From assembly GCA_003427395.1 (NCBI GenBank), contig BFEA01000003.1:3940440-4004439 (forward strand): a DNA stretch of 64,000 nucleotides. Reading direction: 5' to 3'. Each line of letters opens with the position of its first letter. Positions within the stretch are counted from its first letter, which is position 1. Positions 48,111 to 60,578 of the stretch are shown here, one piece after another. The stretch is from Chara braunii. Lineage: Eukaryota > Plantae > Charophyceae. Under the pieces are notes generated by a model. The model did no database searches and had not been told where the DNA came from. It worked only from the letters and a program-made list of their open reading frames with translations. The translations under genes and the position numbers were made by a program.

Positions 48111-50258
48111 AAACGAGTTTCGCGCCCGTGCGCTCGAGAGATGGAGAGCTCTGAGCTCGTGCGCTCATTCGAGAGAGAGAGAGAGAAAGAGAGGGAGAGA
48201 GAAGGAGAGAGAGAGGGCTCGGCATTCGCGGGACAGAGTACCTCCCGACCCAGACCAGAGGCCACTGGGGGAGGGAACAGGAAAGCTATTCGGGATTCTA
48301 GCAACCGAGCCATGGCTAGTGAGGAGAAGGCTCGGCTCCCTCGTTGGACCTGCTCATGCGCGCTCCGGATCGAGGGAGTTCGAAAGGAAAGGAGGGGGAA
48401 TGGGACGGTAGAAAGGAGGAAGAAGAAGGAGAGGGAGCGTCCGGGGGATGGAGCGCAGAGACGCCATTATCGTTCCCATGGTCAAGCACGGTAGCAATGG
48501 CTGCGGGCGGTCAGAAAAGAGAGAGAAAAAGGGGAGGGGGCAGGTACCTGCTGAGTGGGGAGAACTAGGAAAACGAAAGGGGCGAGAAGTGGGGCTGGGG
48601 AAGGTGCGAGGCGTGCTCCTCAGTGACGGCCGTAGTCTCGGCTAGTGGCCACAGCAAGGTCTCAAGATCAGCGCGCCGGGTTTTCGTCTTTCAAAACCAC
48701 TCACTTCGAAGTTTGCTGGTTGCCGCTCTCCCGCTCGCCTAGCATAGTCGCGAGCTCGGGGGCCGTTGTTTACTCCTTCGGGGAGCCGCCGAACTCTCCT
48801 ATGAACAAGCCGCCGGCTACTGAGCTTTCGCCGAGCCCGACTCTAAAGATTGGCAAAAGCCCCTCTCGGCAGCTCGCCGGTACATTGTCGGCTCTCCCTA
48901 CGGGAACGCTGAGCTCGTCGGGTCATCCGGTCGCTCGTCAGTTCGAAGCTCAAGCCGCATAGGCGCTGATTACTAGCTCGATTCGCGAAATTGCTGAGTC
49001 TGTCGGGTTAGCTGGTTACTTGTTTGCTTAATTGCTGCGATTAATCAAGTTGCGTGGTCGCTGAGTCTGTCGGGTTCTGTGGTTACTCGTTCGATCGAAG
49101 TCAAGTTCCGGGCTCGTTGATCGCTCTTCGGTTACGAGCTCGATTTGCATAATTGCAGAGTTAGTCGGGTTCGCTGGTTACTTGTTTGCTTAATTGTTGT
49201 GATTGATCAAGTTGCATGGTCGCTGAGTCTGTCGGGTTCTCGGGTTACTCGTTCGATCGAAGTCGAGTTCCGGGCTCGCCGGTCGCTCGTCGGTTACGAG
49301 CTCGATTTGCATAATTGCTGAGTTAGTCGGGTTCGCCGGTCACTTGTTTGCTAAATTGCTGTGATCGGTTGAGTTGAGTGGCCACTGAGTTCGTCGGGCT
49401 CCCTGGTTGCTGGTCCTTTCGAACTCAAGGTTTGCCGAGTTCACTCGTCACTCTTCGATTAACAAGCCCGATTCACGTAATTGCTGAGTTTTCGCTGCGA
49501 ACACTATTTGCATAATTGCAGGGTTAGTCGGGTTCACCGGCTACTTGTTTGCTACGAGTTCGGGCTGTCTAATTGCTGGGTTTGTTGGGTTGGCTGTTAC
49601 TCGTTCTGCCCAATTTGCGAAATCTGCTCGTTCAAAGCTGTAATTGCCGAATTTGTCAGTCGGTTTCACTGGTCACTTCTACGTTATGGGCTCGAATCTG
49701 CGAAACCGCTAAGCCTGTTTGGCTCATCGGTTGCTCGAGTTCTAGTAGCTAAGCGGTCAGGCTCTCCGTTTACTCGCAACATCCGAGCCGCATTGCTGAG
49801 CCTGTCACGCTCGCCGGTCGCTATCTCCCCTTCCCCCATCCGCAAGAGCGGTGAAACCAAGTCTGTCGAGCTCGCTGGACATCCCTAAGAACGTTGAGCC
49901 TGAGTCTGTTGAATTCGAGTTTGTTGAGCTCACCGTTCATTGCAAGCCATATCACAAAGATCGAAGAGTCTGTTACCCCCTCCTTATCGAGCTCTAATCG
50001 CGAAATCGATGAGCTCGTCGACTGCTCCCGCTAGGAGCCTGAACTCCTTTAGTTCTCGCTCGTCCCGAGCGCTACTCGCTGCGCTCGCTGAGTTCGAGGG
50101 TCAAGAGCCCCTCAGCAAGCTCGCTACTTTCGTCGTCGTTGAGCTTACCAGTGATTTTGGGGACATCCCCGGGCTTCCAGTGCGTCAAGAGGGCGACCCG
50201 TAACTAGACACAAGGGGGGGGGCGGTTGGTCAGAAGGGGGTCGGAACTTCGCCTGACA
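45184..50258 (+). repeat. 3' LTR of host element (~5.07 kb)
   Basis: TGTCGGGCGG...CGCCTGACA; colinear with the 5' LTR plus an extra ~46210-47089. TATATAA at 47445-47451. Confidence 0.95.
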
Positions 50259-50599
50259 CTGGGAGGGCAGTTACGGTCAGATGCATCCTGGTTTGGCCGT
50301 AACTGCAGTCAGATACATTAGGGAAAGTGCTAGTGGGAGTATGGGTATCGGCCCATCAGGGCCTCGCCGCACCACTATCGAAAATGGGATTTTCGAGAGT
50401 CGACCGGCCGGCACAGAGCGCTCCGCCGTTTCGTCACCGGGCTTGGAAGCCCGGTCTTGCTAGCCACCAGCCTGGAACTCATCCAGGGGAAGTGGCCATC
50501 GCCTAGCACCTATTCCAGCTCACCTGGACCAACTTACCTACCAAGGCAGGGAGGCATGGAGGCGAGTCAGCAAGTCGGATATTCAACTCGATTAACACG

Positions 50600-52440
50600 T
50601 AATGCGTTCTAAGAGTAATTAGACACGGCGTAGGTAACGCCTTGTCTTCCGAAGCGTATGTCGGTATTCATCTTCGGCATCCCCAAGTCTCTACCAAGCA
50701 CTTTTCCCCTCCCACTCCTATACGAACTTGACACCCGATCTTGAACTCACCTACTTCTCAATTAACAAAATCCCCCATACTCTCGCCCACACAGTCTCCC
50801 CCCCATGTTTCGACGTCGGCTACCGACCTCTACTCGGTACTCGACATCACCTCCCCTCCGTCCATTCCAGAACAGACCCCGCCGGAAATAGTATCCACAC
50901 TCTTTCCTCTATATAACGCGTACGTCAATAACTTCCCCCTTCTAATCAAGGTAGCAAACCCGACATAAGGAGCACACATCCTGATCCCCTTCTTGTCTCA
51001 ACACTCCGTCCTTACCCTCCACATCCACCAAAGCCCTCCAAATCACACCCGCTCTATACTATAATTTCATCTTTCTAAGATCTAGTTCAAACAGTTCCCT
51101 CAAACTCCAAAATACCCGGCTGAACTTTTTTTTTTTTTTTTTTTTCCCCATCATTCTCGCCCTACCCATAGATATTATACACAGCTTAGCACTTCCCACC
51201 ACGCCATCAGATCCTACCTCCACTCCCTCTGCAAACAGTAAATGCACGAACTCCCCATCTCAACGATAAGGTCAACTCAACCCAACCCATGCCTTAAATT
51301 TTCCCTTTCACCTCAACCCACATATTCCGCTCGCAAAAGTAAACTGACTTCATCGCCCCCGATCCTACATCCAACGCTAGTCCAATCCCCCCTATCCCTT
51401 GACAATCCAATTCCCCTTCTACCCATAAACACCCCCCCCCCTTGGAGATACGCCCTTTTGACGTCAACTGTACTTCTTCCCCACTCACCCCCCTCTCATT
51501 AAGCCAAGTCCCGATGCAATTCCTCTCTTCCGCTGATTAATTCCCCTCGCCAACGTGCCCCCCCAGTTTCGTTTCGTTTTAAAATTTAATCTAATATGCC
51601 CAAACTTTCCACAATCCTTTCTCGAATNCATCCCTCCTGTAGATTAGCTCTCCCTCCCGCCCTCATCACCAGTATCCCTCACCTAACTCCCCGTCTCGTC
51701 CCGTCAAACCATTAGGTCAACGCGCTTCCTTATCCTTTGTCAATCCTCCCTCCTCTCCGTCTTACATCACAACACTACCGACACTCCCCTCCGACTTCTT
51801 CTGGTAGAACTCACGAGCCATGTTTGTGTCGAACACAGACCAAGGTGCAATACCACAAGCAAGTCAAATGTCAAATCCACAGCCTCAGGCTAAGCCTCAG
51901 GCTAAGCCTCAGGCAGCCGACATGCCTCGAATCCAGGCCCTCCCAACCAGGACACTCGGTTTGTTCAGGCCACAGTAGGCCACCAGTAGGGCAGCTGAGG
52001 TGAGGCGGGAGGAGAGTGTCACTCACGAAAAGGGAGCCTGACGGTGGTACAGGCTCCAACCCACCGTGTTTAGGCGGATTTCAGACCGTATCTAGGCCTG
52101 TGAAGTCCTATAGGTCTTACAGATTAGAATAGTAGGTATACAGTAGGAACAGGAGTTAGAATAGACTCGAAGAGTTTATCCCTTACCTTTTACTCTCTCC
52201 CCCCTTAACTGCCCTCCCGTCAACCTTACCTCCATTCCTTGTCCTACACCTTCTACCCCCTTCCCCAGCCTCCTCATTGGGGAAAACCACCCATCTCCTC
52301 CACCAGATGCCTTTACTCCCCTCCCCAGCCTCCTCCACCCCCCCTTTCACTCCTTTAAAGCACCTTCCTTTCTGTTCACCATACACCCCCTCCTTTCAAG
52401 AAGACACGTTACCAATCTACCCCCACCCCATAGTTACATT
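50600..52440 (-). mobile_element. probable decayed LINE ORF2 3' fragment
   Basis: Minus strand near 52185-52100 reads VRDKLFESILTPV(fs)LLY, like the post-RT motif of LINE ORF2. A CSLC lies near 50970. Heavily degenerate. Confidence 0.35.
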
Positions 52441-52634
52441 AGCACATTTAGATGAGCTCTCAGGACATTTCATTTTCATTTCAGATGTTTTTCAGGTCTT
52501 ACTAATCCCGTCAAAAGCGAAGCTGGCTAATGCTGCCAGAGGTGACTATCCGGGTTGAATTGTGGGGATCCCGGCCCCGCCTTCTCATTTTGACAATCAA
52601 ACAAACATTCCTTCAAAAAAAAAAAAAAAAATGC

Positions 52635-53560
52635 GATTTTTGACAGTTCCTCTTCACCACACAGGCTGTCGAATTCGGAGACGGGAAGAAAATTTGCAAG
52701 TTGTCAGAGAATGCTTCTCGACACCTCCTGTCGAAAGTTGTTGAATCCCCACCCAGCCTCTGCTCCTCCGATGCTTTCAACACTCCTCGGTTGCGCCGTC
52801 GAATTCCCTTTGAAATTTGGTCAGTGGGGGTAAGGTCGGGATGGACTGATGCTTGTCGTACCCTCAGGCGCGTTAGTCTTTTTCTATCCTTCTTTCACAA
52901 GTGCCTGCACTCTACAGTGTTGTGTGGCGAAGTGGGGGCAAACTGTCGAATGGAGGCTGTCCAATTTGTTCTTACAGCCATCAAATTTTTTTGCCTTTCG
53001 ACTGTGGTGCGGCGAGGCCCTTAGAGGCTCACCACACAGGCTGTCGAATGTGGAAAATTTTCGACAGGTGTCAATAATTTTTCGACAGCCCGGCGCTCCA
53101 CAATTTCGCCCTCTATCGCCACACAGCCTTTCGAGAGGCCAAACTGTCCAAAGTAGGCAAGTCGACACCGCCTTTGGAAAGGTGCTGTGTGGCGAAGGCG
53201 GTGGACTGTCGGGAGTTGTTACATATATGAATTTGTCCACACAACCGGACCAGATGCAGACGCCATTTTCGACAACCACTGTCCACTACATACGGACAAA
53301 CAGGCCACGGCTGTCAGGGAGCAGTGTCTGCCAACGCAATTTTCGAAAGCCCGGCGGGGCACTGTCGAATTTCCGTCACCTGCAGGCGGGAGGAAACGGT
53401 TGCTGGGGGGCGGCTATCAAGAGGACCATTTTGACACCTGTCAAAAGTTTTTTAAGCCGCAATTCTTCGAAAGTCTGTGTGGCGATGCAAAATTGTCGAA
53501 AACCCCGTTTTCGACAGCCTGTGTGGCGAGCCTCTCACTCTCGAAAAATGTGCACAATGA
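52635..53560. repeat. region of dispersed short motifs in both orientations (ttttcgacag / ctgtcgaa / tgtggcga)
   Basis: More than a dozen copies in both orientations, resembling subterminal repeats of a non-autonomous DNA transposon; ends not defined. Confidence 0.4.
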
Positions 53561-54395
53561 GAACTTCCGGCTAGAACATGACCAGATGCACCCGCCACAT
53601 TTTTGTTTTTTTACACTTCGAGAGTTGCGTGGCGAGGCCCTTTGCCCTGAAATATGCGGTAGCAGTAAGGCGTTTGAGGCGGAGGCTTCCACGTCATGCC
53701 TCTGCTTCTATCACTGTTTGCCTGCTGGAAGGCATATTCCCACTAAACAATTGTTCAAGTTGTCTACAGACGTGATTGTGGTCAGGTCCATCTAGGGGCG
53801 ACCGTAAAAGTGCTCAGATACATCCAGGAAAGTCCTCATGTGAATGCGCCCGCAGTTCCGTACTTGCGCGATGCAGTCCAACCGCAGTCTGCCCGAGGCG
53901 GCGAAGTATCCTGTGGACTTCCTTTGTAGCTACTCTCTCTCTCTTTCTTTCTGGTTCCCTCTCTCTTTTATCCTCTGCGTCTGTGTATTTTCTGTGTGCG
54001 CGCTTGCTTGCATGCATGGGTGTTCTTTTGAGAGAGAGACACAGAATACACACACACCTGTGCANNNNNNNNNNNNNNNNNNNNNNNNNNNNNNNNNNNN
54101 NNNNNNNNNNNNNNNNNNNNNNNNNNNNNNNNNNNNNNNNNNNNNNNNNNNNNNNNNNNNNNNNNNNNNNNNNNNNNNNNNNNNNNNNNNNNNNNNNNNN
54201 NNNNNNNNNNNNNNNNNNNNNNNNNNNNNNNNNNNNNNNNNNNNNNNNNNNNNNNNNNNNNNNNNNNNNNNNNNNNNNNNNNNNNNNNNNNNNNNNNNNN
54301 NNNNNNNNNNNNNNNNNNNNNNNNNNNNNNNNNNNNNNNNNNNNNNNNNNNNNNNNNNNNNNNNNNNNNNNNNNNNNNNNNNNNNNNNNNNNNNN

Positions 54396-54429
<34 letters not shown>

Positions 54430-54487
54430 TGTGTATGTGTGTGTTTCTCTCTGCAGGGTTGTCGCTCAGCAAAAGGCGGATATGTTA

Positions 54488-54710
54488 TCGTCTTCCCCCG
54501 AACACAACGCACCCTGATAACGGATGTACACAAGCTATCTTTGGCGTCGGGCGCACGCAAGAAGACGAGGGTGCGTTGTGTTCGGGGGACGACAGTAGTT
54601 CAGTGCTACCGTCTTCCTTGGAACACAACACACACTGATAACGAATGTACACAAGCGATATTTTCGGTCCGGTGCAGCCCAAAGGAGGGTGCGTTGTTCT
54701 TGGAGGAAGG
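54488..54710. repeat. foldback repeat, two tandem units
   Basis: gtcttcccccgaacacaacgcaccct ... agggtgcgttgtgttcgggggacgac, followed by a diverged second unit; related to 1348-1452. Confidence 0.65.
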
Positions 54711-55752
54711 ATGTAGCTACGTCTGATGAGCGGGTTCTCTTCCGCCTCCACTGGCGTCCTCTCTCTTCTCTCCCTCCTCTTCGCCCCTCTCCTCTGATTT
54801 TCTGGCGGCCTTCAGACGCTCTCCTCTCCCTTCCTTCCTCCTTGCTATGACGTAAGGCCTTGCTCAACTACTCACCAATTATGCGAAATGAGAATGAATC
54901 CTTCCCAAGAACATGAAAAGATACACCGCCATATATTTTTTTTGTCTTTTGTGCATGTGGTGAGTGGTGGAGCAGAGGCCCTTACTCAGACTTCTCGTCC
55001 GCGGTAATACCCTTTTTTTTTTTGCGTCTCGGAAGTAGTGGATTTTTTTGCGCCGAAAATGGATTTGCGCCAAACGCCGATTGGCGCCACCAAACACGGA
55101 TCGGCGGCAAACGGACTCGCTCCACTACTCTCCAAATGTGCAAAATAAGATTGAGGGCCTCACTCCACTACACAACACTGTACATGAATTCGGACGCTTT
55201 CTTGACCGGATGCATTCACAACGTTGGAATCGTCTGAATGCACCCGGTCCCTAAAACGTCCAAATGCATGTACAGTTGTGTAGTGGAGCGAGTCCCCGAA
55301 TCCTCCGCGAGAAAATGGAAAGATTTACCCCCTCATTCTGTTATATGATCTTAATGAATTTTGGTCCTTTGAAAAAAAAATAAAAAAAAATCACCCGCAT
55401 ATTGTGCATGTGGAGAGTAGCGGAGAGAGTGTTGGCCCAAACACACTTTTTTATTATTTTTTTAAATTTTGTTAATTTTTTTAAAAGCCCAAACACTTTT
55501 GGTTTTTTTTTTAGAAGAAGATCAAGTGGATCATGTGATGAGCGAGTGTTTGGCGCCAATCCGGATTTTATTTTTTTTAATATAGCTGATTTTTTTTTTG
55601 CGCCAATCCGTTTCTTTCTGTTTTTGGTTTTGTTTCGTTATTGCTGACCTATTGTTTGGCGCCAATCCATTCTGTTAAATGCCATCCCGTTCGCTCAGTC
55701 ACGAGTATTGGCGCTTCATTTTTTTTTTATTTTATTTATTTTTTTTTGGTTA

Positions 55753-56867
55753 TGCGAGGAACATGAATATGGACGATGCACAGAAATCCAAATTGCAAAA
55801 TCACATTGAAGTCCAAGTAGTCAAATCCAGAGCAGATAGCACAATGGAACCGAGTAACCATCCATTTGAGAATAATACAGCAGAATCGTGAGTCAATGTC
55901 CAAGCCCAATCGGGCAACACCAACAGCATAACCCAGTGTAGCTCTCTCTCCTGAATGGCGCCTGGCGCCCTATCTACTCTACAGCCTAATCTACAACTAC
56001 AACATGGAAGCAACCAGACAACTTGACGACCAACGAGTGATGATGTCAACACCAATGCCGACCTCCTCTTCCACCCAGGTACGTCACTCTCTTCACCCAC
56101 ACTCTCCCTTGATAACCCACAGCGCCCTTCACCTCCGAAGAACCACCTTCGCCCTCACCCTCTGCTCCCGCCAACAACCCGGCTATGGCCGCCTGCGCCC
56201 TGCGCCCAGGCAGCGCACCACCGTATTAGCGCTGCCTACCTCCCTCATGCCCAACGCAGCTTTACACAGCGCAGCACACTCGCACTCGCGCAACGTGCCG
56301 GCTATGCCTGCATTGGCCAAGGATCCCCGCCCACTCGCTCTGCCTGCCTATATGCCAGTGTTCGCGTGTGGGCGGCGTGCTTCGAGCCTGTGTCTGTGTC
56401 CCGGTAGCTGCGCCCAGGCCCATCCCAGTGTGGCCTAGGAATACACTTCCGGGCCTTATCCCAAGGCTGCCGTCCAGATGCAGACTTTTCCCAGTTTCCC
56501 AGTGGTACGCTTGGCCTTACTTCGACAATGCTGCTTTCTGATTGGCCAACGTCCAATGTGTGATGTGTCGGCCTGTCCTAGCCTGCGCCCAGGGCTCAAC
56601 CAACTGAGGCCCTGGGCTCGACTGCTTCACGCAGTAGTCTGGGATCCACAATGCACACCAACCAACTGGCGTGCTGCAACTGTCGGATACCCATTTTACA
56701 GAAATGTTGAAAGAAAGGTCTGTACGTGGATATTCTGACCAGCCTTCACTTAGGGCGGTCACAGGTCTGGCCCGCCTTCACTTAGGGCGGGCACAAGGCT
56801 TGCTGGGGGCCTATACCCAGAACATATGCATGTCGGCAAGGCCCCATCTGAGGGCTTATTCCTCACA
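55753..56867 (-). repeat. 3' LTR of chromovirus (~1.1 kb)
   Basis: Plus strand TGCGAGGAA...TTCCTCACA, adjacent to the PPT; 55930 onward is identical to 63938-64000. Confidence 0.85.
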
Positions 56868-56879
56868 TTCCATCCCCCT
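56868..56879 (-). promoter_or_regulatory. polypurine tract
   Basis: Minus strand AGGGGGATGGAA, directly before TGTGAGGA. Confidence 0.8.
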
Positions 56880-56904
56880 TAGCTTCGAAAGTCCGCTCAA
56901 ATGC

Positions 56905-59900
56905 TTACTTCGCAGGTGTCTTCCCTTTCAGCTTCCTTTCATACTCTGCCACCACTTGAGGAGCTGTCTCAATCAGTTTCTCCTTGGTGAACCACCGATC
57001 TTCTTTGGGATCCATGTGATGCCTGAATCTGACGCGATATTCTCTCTTGGGCTTAGGATGTCTTCCTCGACCCAGCGGCTTTGCAAAAGGCATGTCCCTG
57101 TGATCCACAATGTCATCGATTTCGACTTGTCCATCCATGGTTGGGGGCAGCATCGATCTCCTGGAAGGGAATTGATCAGTCTCAGCGAAAGGTGCAAGCT
57201 TTGAGGCATGAAAGACTGGGTGAGTGCGTAGGTGTCCAGGGACACGAATGACATACGTAGGACCATCCATTTCATCTCCCACTATATCTAGGACTTCCCA
57301 GGGACCCAAATATTGTGGCATTAGATTACGAGAGATTCCGAATTTTTGTCCTAACTCGCTAACCTTAACCCAGACACGTTCCCCCTACTGAAATGAGGAC
57401 TCTCTACGATGTTGATTCTCAGAAGCAATCATTGCTTACTGAGATTTCTTCATGTGTTCGACAGCTTCTTGCAGCAACTTCTCATACTGCACACCATACT
57501 CAAGTGTGCCTGGAGTTGCGGCAATTCGGTTTTCAGGTAGGAGCAAGTCTAGTGCTGATCTACGCTTCCATCCTCAGTGTAGCTGATTAGGACTAACGCC
57601 GGTACTGCTATGTACAACATTGTTGTACAGGCTGACGATGAGAGGCAATTACTCATCAAAGTCATCCTGGTTGGGCTTGATGCAATGCCTCAGCAAGTGC
57701 TGCACAACTCTGTTCATTTGCTCGGCCTGTCCGTTGACTTCAGGATGATTCCCTGAAGTCATTTGAAGTTGACTGCCCATTTGTTCCGCAGTCTTCTTCC
57801 ACAACTCACTGGTGAAGCGAACATCTCTGTCACTAATGATGGTCTTTGGTAAACCAAAGTCCCGCACCAAGTTGTCCTTGAACAACTTGATGACATAGTC
57901 AGTCCCGGATGTCTCTGGCATGGCCACTAGTCTAGCGTACTTGGTGAATCGATCGATGATGACGAATATGTGTCTCTTGCCACTCTTGCTGGTCACCAAG
58001 GTGTCCATGAAATCCATGGATACACTTAGTCCTGGACCAGCGGGGATAGGTAAGGGCTTCAGCAACCTAAGCGGTGCTTGAGTTCGCGGCTTGTCTCGCT
58101 GACAGACCTGACATGTCTCTACGTACTTTTTTGCGTCATCAAGCATAACAGACCACCAAAATCGTTGTACTAGGTTAGCACTCGTCTTCTGGTAGCCAAA
58201 GTGTCTGGTTGCGTCATGACATTCGCCTAAAAACAAACTACGCAACTGTTTACAAGATGGAACTACTAATCTTTTTATTCCGGCCTTCTCAAGATAGAGT
58301 AACCCGTCCACCATCCCAAACTCACTTTCAGTGGCCTTATCTTTTGCCTGAAGTTTGCGCATGATGTTCATCGTGACAGGGTCTTCCTGATAGGCCCCCA
58401 CCAATGATTGAGTTACTTCTTCAGATACGCCAAAGTCAGAAACTAGCGCACCTAGGTAATCTGCTCTACGTGATAGTGCGTCTGCAACCTTGTTGTACTC
58501 TCCCTTCAGATACTCAAGCTTGAAGTCATATTGGTCTATGACCTCAATCCATCGCTCGTCAGAAAGAGCCGGTTGAGTCTTAATCCATTTGAGGGTCTGA
58601 TGATCAGTCCTCAAGTAGAAGAACCTTCCCAATAGGAAGTGTCTCCAATGGACAAGTGCTTTATACAGAGCATAGAGTTCCCTTTCCTAGGTGGACTTTG
58701 CCAACTTCTTTGATGGCATCTTCTTGCTCATGTACTCAATCGGTCTCAACTTATTCCCATCCTGTTGAGCCAGAACTGCGCCAATGCTGTATTGGCTTGC
58801 GTTAATGGTCACTATGAATGGCTTCTAAGGATCGGGAACCATGAGGACCTCATGATTCATGCGTGCATGCTTCAATCTCTTGAAAGCACCCTTGCACTCA
58901 TCACTCCAGTCTCACTGTGTGTCAAGTCGAGTTAGATTAGTCAAAGGAGAGCCGACTGTAGAATAGTTCTTTATGAAGTTCCTATAGTAGCCGCACATTC
59001 CTAGGAATAATCTGACCTCAGTGACTGTCTGAGGTCATGGCCAGTCTCGAATACTGGCCACCTTCGCATCTTCCAGCCTAATCCCCTCCGCGGATACTTC
59101 GTGACCCAAGTATAATATCTTTGTGCGTCCGAATTCACACTTTTCTAGGTTGATCTTATACTTGTGTTGTCGCAGGAGTGAAAGTACAGCCTCAACGTGT
59201 TGTGCATGCTCCTCGGCAGACTTACTAAAGATTAGAATGTCGTCAAGGTAAACCACAACAAACTTATATAAATGGTCATGGAAGATCCGATTCATAGCGT
59301 GTTGCAACGTACCCGGCGCATTACAAAGACCAAAGGGCATCACTACAAACTCATACAGACCATATCTGGTCTGAAAGGTTGTCTTGTGTTGGTCCTCGGG
59401 TCTTATTGCGATCTGGTGATATCCGGATTTCAAGTCTATCTTACTATAGTACTTGCATCCCTGCACCCTATCCAATAGGTCGTCTATGCGAGGTAGAGGC
59501 TCTGCGTTTTTCGCAGTGATGGCATTGAGGCCTCTATAATCAATGCACATCCTCAAAGTACCCCCTTTCTTTGGTACGAATAGCACGGGAGATCCGTAAG
59601 GGGAAGTACTAGGCCGAATCTATTCCTTCTCTGTCAGCTCCTTAAGTTGTCGCCGAAGTTCATCTAACTCGGCGGGAGCCATCCTATAGATCCTTCCCTT
59701 TGGGGTTTTACTCCCTAGAATGATTTTTATAGCGTGGACAACTTCCTTTTCAACAACTCCTGAGGGCTATTCGAACAGATCAGGGAACTTAGGAACGACG
59801 CGTTCTATCTTTGAGGTGTTTTAACGGCCTCCCCTTTTTCAGAGACATACACAAGGTACATACCTTCCTCTTGGTTTTGCTTATAGTAATTATAGAACGT

Positions 59901-60578
59901 TGATGCGCACAAGCAGCCATAGGTATCTATAATACTACTGGCCTTGAACTTAGTCAATCTGACAGTTCGGTCATCAGGCAACTTATGTTTGAGCACCTTC
60001 TTATCCCAGTCAAACTGGGGCTTTGCAACTTCGAGGTAGTACATGCCTAACAACATGTCAAATGCTAAGTCGTCGCTAACCAAGAACGAGATCTTATGGT
60101 TAAGCTCTCCTCCTCCATAGGAGAAGGTACAGACTACGTCCTTGATGTAGTCTGTTACAATCATACGCTCCTTGTTGGCCAAAGCAGATGCTACAAATCT
60201 ACTTAGGTGTCGTACCCGGTCCTGCAGGTGCAGTTTTTCCAAACAGTCGCGACTTATGTAATTCCGCGTGGAGCCTATGTCTATGAAGGCACCACATTTG
60301 CGGCCTCCTACATCGACTTCTACCACGAAATGTTGCCCTTTGTGACCTTTCCTTAGCGCCACCAAAGACTCGCGAGGGTCCTTGTTTGACCACTCACTCT
60401 CCAAGTCTTCTAAGGCTTCAGACACATCTAACGTACAGAGCATAGTTTGGTCTAGATGAGTATGCGGGGTGACTAAAGAGTCATTAGCTTGGGCCATCTC
60501 ATGAAGTGGGGAGGGTATCTGGCCCACTTCACCAATAGTAGAAGCAGCTAAAACTTTCACTGGCCTCCCGCGTTTCCC
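56905..60578 (-). pseudogene. pol: chromovirus pol: PR-RT-RH-IN-chromodomain
   Basis: PR: FIDIGSTRNY. RT: LRMCIDYR..KIDLKSGYHQ..YLDD. IN: H..HFG..CQVC with MDF..SDRD..AEQ, then GPW and HPVFHAS. Chromodomain-like IDDIVDHR...EYRVRF...DRW. Multiple stops. Confidence 0.93.

Larger units (their letters stand above)
6995..50258 (+). mobile_element. giant Ty3/gypsy LTR retrotransposon (host element, non-chromoviral), with nested insertions
   Basis: Two long direct repeats (6995-11463, 45184-50258) with TG..CA ends and a 9-bp terminal inverted repeat. PBS follows the 5' LTR; domain order is gag, PR, RT, RH, IN. Flanks CCGG / CTGG are a probable 4-bp TSD with one CpG transition. Confidence 0.95.

Noticed and set aside
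50268-50307. 13-bp inverted repeat gcagttacggtca / tggccgtaactgc beside the 3' LTR
   Set aside because: An isolated hairpin with no associated element ends that I can define.
56859-56867. TTCCTCACA terminus shared between the chromovirus LTR and the nested element LTR
   Set aside because: Only 9 bp, with no further similarity; best explained as generic integrase-attachment-like ends.
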